Below, piece after piece: positions 59,026-64,000 of a DNA stretch of 64,000 bases (positions are counted from its first letter, which is position 1; every line of letters begins with the position of its first letter). The position numbers and the translations under genes are program-made. The stretch covers positions 682 through 64,681 of the forward strand of contig CACMQS010000010.1 in assembly GCA_902615845.1 (NCBI GenBank), given 5' to 3'. The notes under the pieces are model-generated. The model was given only the letters and a program-made list of their open reading frames with translations. It made no database searches and was not told where the DNA came from. The stretch comes from an uncultured Alphaproteobacteria bacterium (GTDB lineage Bacteria; Pseudomonadota; Alphaproteobacteria; HIMB59; GCA-002718135).

Positions 59026-60468
59026 ATGGAATTCTTTCTTAAAATTGTTGCACCAGTTCAATCTTATGACTTTCAAACCTTTTTTCATAATTTACTTTTA
59101 TCACTACCAGCATCGTCATTATTAGGTTTATTATTATTTTTTATCCTTGGGGCATTTTCAGGTTTAAAATCTAAAGAACAAAGGTTCTATATTGTAATTG
59201 CAATAACAATAGTTATATCTTTTACTTCGGCTTTTTATAATTTAGGTGTTCCACCAGAAACTTTATTTGCAGTATATTCTGAGTGGTTACATTTAATTGT
59301 TAGATGGGTTCATATAATTGTCGGTGTAGCTTGGATTGGAACATCATTTTACTTTAATTGGCTAGATAGTAGATTGGAAAGAGATGATCCAGATTTTAAA
59401 CACCTTGACGGTTATTTATGGTCTGTTCATTCAGGTGGGTTTTATAGAATTGAAAAATTAAAAGGACCTCCAAAAAAACTTCCAAAAGTTCTTCATTGGT
59501 TTAAATGGGAGGCTTATGCAACTTGGATAAGTGGTTTTGTATTACTTATTTTAGTTTATTATTTGAATGCAAGCTCTATGATGTTGGGAGCAAGCGGTAT
59601 TATATTAACACCCTTTCAAGCAATATTAATATCTATATTCTTACTTATAGGATCTTGGCTTCTATATGATTATCTTTGTAAAAATGTTTTAAAAGATAAT
59701 GAACAAACTTTGATTGCAACTGGTGTTTTATTATTTGTATTATTAAGTTATTTTTTAACCCAAATTTATGGATCAAGAGCTGCATACATACATGTTGGAG
59801 CAATTATTGGCACTATTATGGCGGCTAATGTTTTTAGAGTAATTATTCCTGCACAAAGAAATCTTGTTTCTTCAGCTGAAAACAAACAAAAGCCAAATTT
59901 AAATCTTTCATTAGAAGCAAAAAACAGATCAATTCATAATAATTATTTTACACTACCTGTTTTATTTATCATGATTAGTTCACATTTTTCTTTTACGTAT
60001 GGGGCAGTAAATAATTGGTTAATTTTAGCTGTTATATCAATAGCTGGCATTTTAACTCGCCATTACTTTAATTTAAGAAATAAAAAACAATATAAATTTT
60101 GGATTTTACCATCAGCTGGTTTAATCATGTTTTTTTTAATGACTTTAAGTAGTCTTTCAATATTTGAAAAAAAAGATGCAAATGCATCACTCTCTTTAGA
60201 ATTAGTCAGTTTCAATGAAGTACAAAATATAATTAAATACAGATGTGGAACATGTCATGCTAAATATCCAACTTTTGAAGGTATTGAAGCGGCACCAAAA
60301 GGAGTTGTATATGACACAGCTCAAGATATTGTAAATAATATAAAATTAATCAAAGCTCAGGCTATTGATGCTGAAATTATGCCTCCGAATAATCTTACTG
60401 GTATTACAAAAAATGAAAGAGAGATATTAAAAGTTTGGATTGAGCAAGGAGCAAATATCAATAATTAA
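59026..60468 (+). CDS. puuD: Membrane urate hydroxylase PuuD with C-terminal cytochrome c
   Basis: RWVH...AWIGTSFYF, LHWFKWEAY, RSIHNNYFTLPV, heme motif CGTCH, MPP. Confidence 0.92.
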   Translation: MEFFLKIVAPVQSYDFQTFFHNLLLSLPASSLLGLLLFFILGAFSGLKSKEQRFYIVIAITIVISFTSAFYNLGVPPETLFAVYSEWLHLIVRWVHIIVGVAWIGTSFYFNWLDSRLERDDPDFKHLDGYLWSVHSGGFYRIEKLKGPPKKLPKVLHWFKWEAYATWISGFVLLILVYYLNASSMMLGASGIILTPFQAILISIFLLIGSWLLYDYLCKNVLKDNEQTLIATGVLLFVLLSYFLTQIYGSRAAYIHVGAIIGTIMAANVFRVIIPAQRNLVSSAENKQKPNLNLSLEAKNRSIHNNYFTLPVLFIMISSHFSFTYGAVNNWLILAVISIAGILTRHYFNLRNKKQYKFWILPSAGLIMFFLMTLSSLSIFEKKDANASLSLELVSFNEVQNIIKYRCGTCHAKYPTFEGIEAAPKGVVYDTAQDIVNNIKLIKAQAIDAEIMPPNNLTGITKNEREILKVWIEQGANINN

Positions 60469-61075
60469 CTGGAATGGGGTCTAATGATCTCCATAAATAC
60501 CATGTGGCTTGTGAGCTATATGGACTCCATTTTTTATAAAGCAACTTAAGCTTTCTTTCACTTATAGGAAGTTGAACCTTATAAAGTTTTGAAATAGCTT
60601 TTAAAAACCCTAAATCACCTGTTGGAAAAATATTTGAACTTCCATAACTAAACATTAAAAACATATCAATAGTCCAATTCCCTACTCCTTTTATTTCAAT
60701 TAAATTATTATAAATTTCTTCTTCAGAAGTTTTATTTATATTTTTTATGAATTTCTTGTTTTGTAAAAAAAATTTAGAAATATTTTTAATATACAAAATT
60801 TTTTGTCTTGATAGCCCACATTTTCGTAAATCTGTATTACGTAATTTAGATACAGTTTGTGGTGTTATATTTCTTTTAAGTTTAAAAAATTTAGTTTTCA
60901 TCGAATCAGCAGCAGATACTGATATTTGTTGACCAATTATTGAATTAATTAATGAATGAAAATAATTAGAATTTAGATTTAAATATTCATTCTTATAAGT
61001 TTGAATTAATTTCTTCAAAACTTTATCTTTATTTGATAAATATATCTTACCTTTATTCCAATATTTAGGTTTCAT
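60458..61075 (-). CDS. alkA: DNA-3-methyladenine glycosylase II (AlkA/HhH-GPD)
   Basis: IIGQQIS, GLSRQK, IKGVGNWT, PTGDLG and WSPY motifs. Confidence 0.88.
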   Translation of the reverse strand: MKPKYWNKGKIYLSNKDKVLKKLIQTYKNEYLNLNSNYFHSLINSIIGQQISVSAADSMKTKFFKLKRNITPQTVSKLRNTDLRKCGLSRQKILYIKNISKFFLQNKKFIKNINKTSEEEIYNNLIEIKGVGNWTIDMFLMFSYGSSNIFPTGDLGFLKAISKLYKVQLPISERKLKLLYKKWSPYSSQATWYLWRSLDPIPVNY

Positions 61076-61264
61076 ATGAATTATTATAACAAATTTAAAA
61101 AAATAATATCATACATAAATTTTATTTTTGGAATTTATTTATGGGCTTTAGTAATATATGCAATATTAAGAGCTACAGGATTAATTAAAAGATTTGCGTT
61201 ACAAGAACATCTTTTAGGTGAGTATTTATCAATACCTATTAAATTTATTTTAAGTTTATTTTAA
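61076..61264 (+). CDS. Small membrane hypothetical protein
   Basis: One clear TM helix; ends 8 nt before the DMT gene on the same strand. Confidence 0.55.
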   Translation: MNYYNKFKKIISYINFIFGIYLWALVIYAILRATGLIKRFALQEHLLGEYLSIPIKFILSLF

Positions 61265-61272
61265 TAAATAAT

Positions 61273-62166
61273 ATGATCTATTATTACTTTATTGCAATTG
61301 CTGCTGCACTTTGTTGGGCAGTAGCATCTTTAGTATCAGCAGATGTTACAAGAACTATTGGAGGTTTAGCCTTTAATCGTCTTAGGTTATTTTTTGTATC
61401 AATAATGTTAGTTACTTACACATTTTATATAAATACTTGGAATACAATTAGTATTGATTACTTAACTATTATAATTATTTCAGGAATTGTAGGGATATTT
61501 TTAGGTGATACTTTATTGTTTATTGCTTTACAAAAAATTGGACCAAGAAGAAATAATATCTTATTTTCTTTAGCTGCTCCTTTTACTGTAGTAATTAATA
61601 TTTTTTTTCTAAATGAACTTGCCTCAACTATTAGTATTATTGGATGTTTTGTTGTTTTTTTTGGTGTTGTTTTTGCAATTTCCTATGGAGATAAAAAAGG
61701 ATCTGAGCATAGATGGGAAAAAGTAGAAGGTTCACTTTATGTAGGAATTATTTTATCTATTGGAGCAGCGTTGTGCCAAGCAATTGGATTGGTTATGATG
61801 AAGCCTATATTATCATATGGAGCAGATCCAATAGCTTCAGCAGCAATTAGAACTACTATTTCATGTATTTTTTTATCATTTACATTTTTTTTAAATTATG
61901 AAGTTTTTAATACAAAAGTTAATCTTACAGCAAAAATTATTTACCAATCAATTCTTAGTGGTTTTTTAGGAATGGCCTTAGGTATGAGTTTACTTTTAAT
62001 CGCATTACAAAAAGCTGATGCAGGTATTGTTGCAACTTTATCTTCAACTAGTCCAATAATGATATTATTTCTTCTTTGGATATTAACAAAAAAAATTCCC
62101 TCTTATGGTGCGTGGGTGGGAACAATTATTGCAATTTTTGGAACTGGATTAATTTTTATCTATTAA
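61273..62166 (+). CDS. DMT/EamA family transporter
   Basis: AALCWA, GIFLGD and FLNE motifs, multi-TM. Confidence 0.88.
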   Translation: MIYYYFIAIAAALCWAVASLVSADVTRTIGGLAFNRLRLFFVSIMLVTYTFYINTWNTISIDYLTIIIISGIVGIFLGDTLLFIALQKIGPRRNNILFSLAAPFTVVINIFFLNELASTISIIGCFVVFFGVVFAISYGDKKGSEHRWEKVEGSLYVGIILSIGAALCQAIGLVMMKPILSYGADPIASAAIRTTISCIFLSFTFFLNYEVFNTKVNLTAKIIYQSILSGFLGMALGMSLLLIALQKADAGIVATLSSTSPIMILFLLWILTKKIPSYGAWVGTIIAIFGTGLIFIY

Positions 62167-63915
62167 TTTAATACCTAATTCTTCTAATCGTTCTTTATCA
62201 ATACTTGCAGGAGCGTCCATCATTAAGTCCATAGCTTGTTGATTCATTGGAAATGCTATTACTTCTCTAATGTTTGGCTCATCTGCAAGTAACATGACAA
62301 TTCTATCAATACCTGGTGCACTACCTCCGTGAGGAGGTGCTCCAAACTTGAGAGCATTAAGTATTCCTGAAAATTTATCCTCTAATTCTTTTTTTGAATA
62401 TCCAGCTATATCAAAGGCTTTATACATAATTTCTGGTTTATGATTTCTAATTGCGCCAGAAGATAATTCTACGCCATTACATACAATATCATATTGATAT
62501 GCTTTTATATCAAGAGGATCTTTTTTTTCTAAAGCTTCCATCTCACCTTGAGGCATTGAAAAGGGATTATGACTAAATTGTATTTTGTTAGTTTTTTCAT
62601 CAATTTCATACATTGGAAAATCAACTATCCAACAAAATTCAAAAGAATTTTTATTAAGTAAATTTAAATCATTACAAATTTTCTCTCTTACTTTACCAGA
62701 GAATAATTGAGCTTCCTTTAATTTATCACAGATAAAAAATATTGAGTCATTTTCTTTAATTTTTAATGATAATAATTGATCTTCATTTAAATTTTTTGCA
62801 ATTGGACCTTTGAAACTATTTTCTGTAAATGAAATATAACCTAATCCAGCAGCGCCCTCTTCCCTTGCCCAATTATTTAATTTATCAAAAAAACTTCTGG
62901 GCTGATCACCAGTATTTTTAACAATTATTCCTTTAACTACTGATCCTGTTTCTATTTGATTACTAAAAATTTTAAAATTAGAGCCTCTAAATACATTTGT
63001 ATAATCTTCTATAATAAGTGGGTTTCGTAAATCTGGTTTATCTGTTCCATACACTTCCATTGATTCGTTGTATGGTATTTTTTTGAAAGGGTATGGACTT
63101 ACTTTGATTTCTTTACTTTTTTTATTTTCATCAAATACTTCAAATAAAACTGGCTCAATGGCGTTAAATACATCCTCTTGTGTCACAAAACTCATTTCAA
63201 AATCTAGTTGATAAAATTCACCTGGAGAGCGGTCTGCTCTACTATCTTCATCTCTAAAACAAGGTGCAATTTGAAAATATTTATCAAATCCAGCAATCAT
63301 TAATAATTGTTTAAATTGTTGTGGTGCTTGAGGAAGAGCATAAAATTTTCCTTGATGTATTCTGGATGGGACTAGATAATCTCTTGCGCCTTCTGGAGAT
63401 GATGATGTGAGAATGGGAGTTTGAAACTCTATAAAACCTCTATCAATCATTTTTTTTCTAATATCAGAAATGATTTTATTTCTTAGTAAGATATTTTTGT
63501 GTAATTTATTTCTTCTTAAATCTAGGAATCTATATTTTAATCTAATTTCTTCTCCGTATTCTATATCAGAATTAACTGGAAGAGGAAGTACGGCAGATTT
63601 AGATAATATTTTGTAATCTTCAATTTGAACTTCAATTTCTCCTGTTGAAAGGTTGCTATTTACAGTTTCATCAGATCTTTTAACAACATCTCCGACAATA
63701 GTAATAACACTTTCATTACTTAATTTACTAACTTCGTTGAAAAGGGGATGTGTACCGTCAATAACACATTGGGTAATCCCATAGTTATCTCTTAAGTCTA
63801 TAAATAATAAATTGCCATGATCTCTTATTGTATCTGCCCACCCTGATAAAGTTACTTTATCGCCTAAATTTTTGATAGTTAAATCTATACATGAATGCGT
63901 TCTATATTTATTCAT
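62149..63915 (-). CDS. aspS: Aspartate--tRNA ligase, likely non-discriminating (Asp/Asn)
   Basis: [25 protein letters not shown] and GAPPHGG motifs. Start refined from 63927. Confidence 0.96.
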   Translation of the reverse strand: MNKYRTHSCIDLTIKNLGDKVTLSGWADTIRDHGNLLFIDLRDNYGITQCVIDGTHPLFNEVSKLSNESVITIVGDVVKRSDETVNSNLSTGEIEVQIEDYKILSKSAVLPLPVNSDIEYGEEIRLKYRFLDLRRNKLHKNILLRNKIISDIRKKMIDRGFIEFQTPILTSSSPEGARDYLVPSRIHQGKFYALPQAPQQFKQLLMIAGFDKYFQIAPCFRDEDSRADRSPGEFYQLDFEMSFVTQEDVFNAIEPVLFEVFDENKKSKEIKVSPYPFKKIPYNESMEVYGTDKPDLRNPLIIEDYTNVFRGSNFKIFSNQIETGSVVKGIIVKNTGDQPRSFFDKLNNWAREEGAAGLGYISFTENSFKGPIAKNLNEDQLLSLKIKENDSIFFICDKLKEAQLFSGKVREKICNDLNLLNKNSFEFCWIVDFPMYEIDEKTNKIQFSHNPFSMPQGEMEALEKKDPLDIKAYQYDIVCNGVELSSGAIRNHKPEIMYKAFDIAGYSKKELEDKFSGILNALKFGAPPHGGSAPGIDRIVMLLADEPNIREVIAFPMNQQAMDLMMDAPASIDKERLEELGIKLIDKN

Positions 63916-63927
63916 TCTGAAAACCAT

Positions 63928-64000
63928 CTATAGTATTTCTTTTATTAATGGTATTGTTAATTGTCTTTTTTTTTCAAGTGATAAAATATCTAATTTATTT
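63928..64000 (-). CDS. C-terminal end of a probable Hda/DnaA-related protein (partial)
   Basis: Manual translation NKLDILSLEKKRQLTIPLIKEIL-stop resembles Hda/HdaA C-termini. Only 23 residues visible. Confidence 0.5.
   Translation of the reverse strand, partial: NKLDILSLEKKRQLTIPLIKEIL

Noticed and set aside
8899-60932. Remaining short nested ORFs (8899, 12581, 20492, 21216, 23168, 23272, 27627, 29282, 30114, 31638, 37787, 38837, 42747, 46368, 47400, 50368, 51540, 53330, 55739, 60747)
   Set aside because: Each lies wholly or almost wholly inside a well-supported gene and has no recognisable motif.
1-64000. CRISPR arrays, rRNA/tRNA genes, riboswitches, prophage or defence systems
   Set aside because: Intergenic gaps are short and AT-rich, with no repeat-spacer periodicity or structured GC-rich RNA apart from one terminator. 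A covariance-model search would be needed to exclude small RNAs.

Overview
A very AT-rich, tightly packed chromosomal segment from a streamlined alphaproteobacterium (SAR11/Pelagibacterales-like; inferred from gene order, composition and near-absent intergenic DNA). I found no rRNA, tRNA, CRISPR, phage or IS elements. Housekeeping genes (gyrA partial, ssb, uvrA, sodB, yajC-secDF, htpG, aspS) are interleaved with metabolic modules. (1) A cryptic GTP-derived metabolite cluster: RibA, RibD-reductase, methyltransferase, GT4, non-canonical PTPS, MDR dehydrogenase and creatininase. (2) mcl-mtkAB. (3) A kinase-M23-phospholyase triple fusion beside a probable modified-nucleoside salvage module (PfkB/PsuG, nucleoside hydrolase, PHYHD1-like dioxygenase). 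(4) A trpB2-DUF1015-serC-serA run that looks centred on O-phosphoserine. (5) An iodotyrosine deiodinase homologue. (6) A ~15 kb purine uptake and degradation island with a palindromic candidate operator. The best candidates for an undescribed system are (1), (3) and (4). All assignments come from motif recognition and recall, not database searches.
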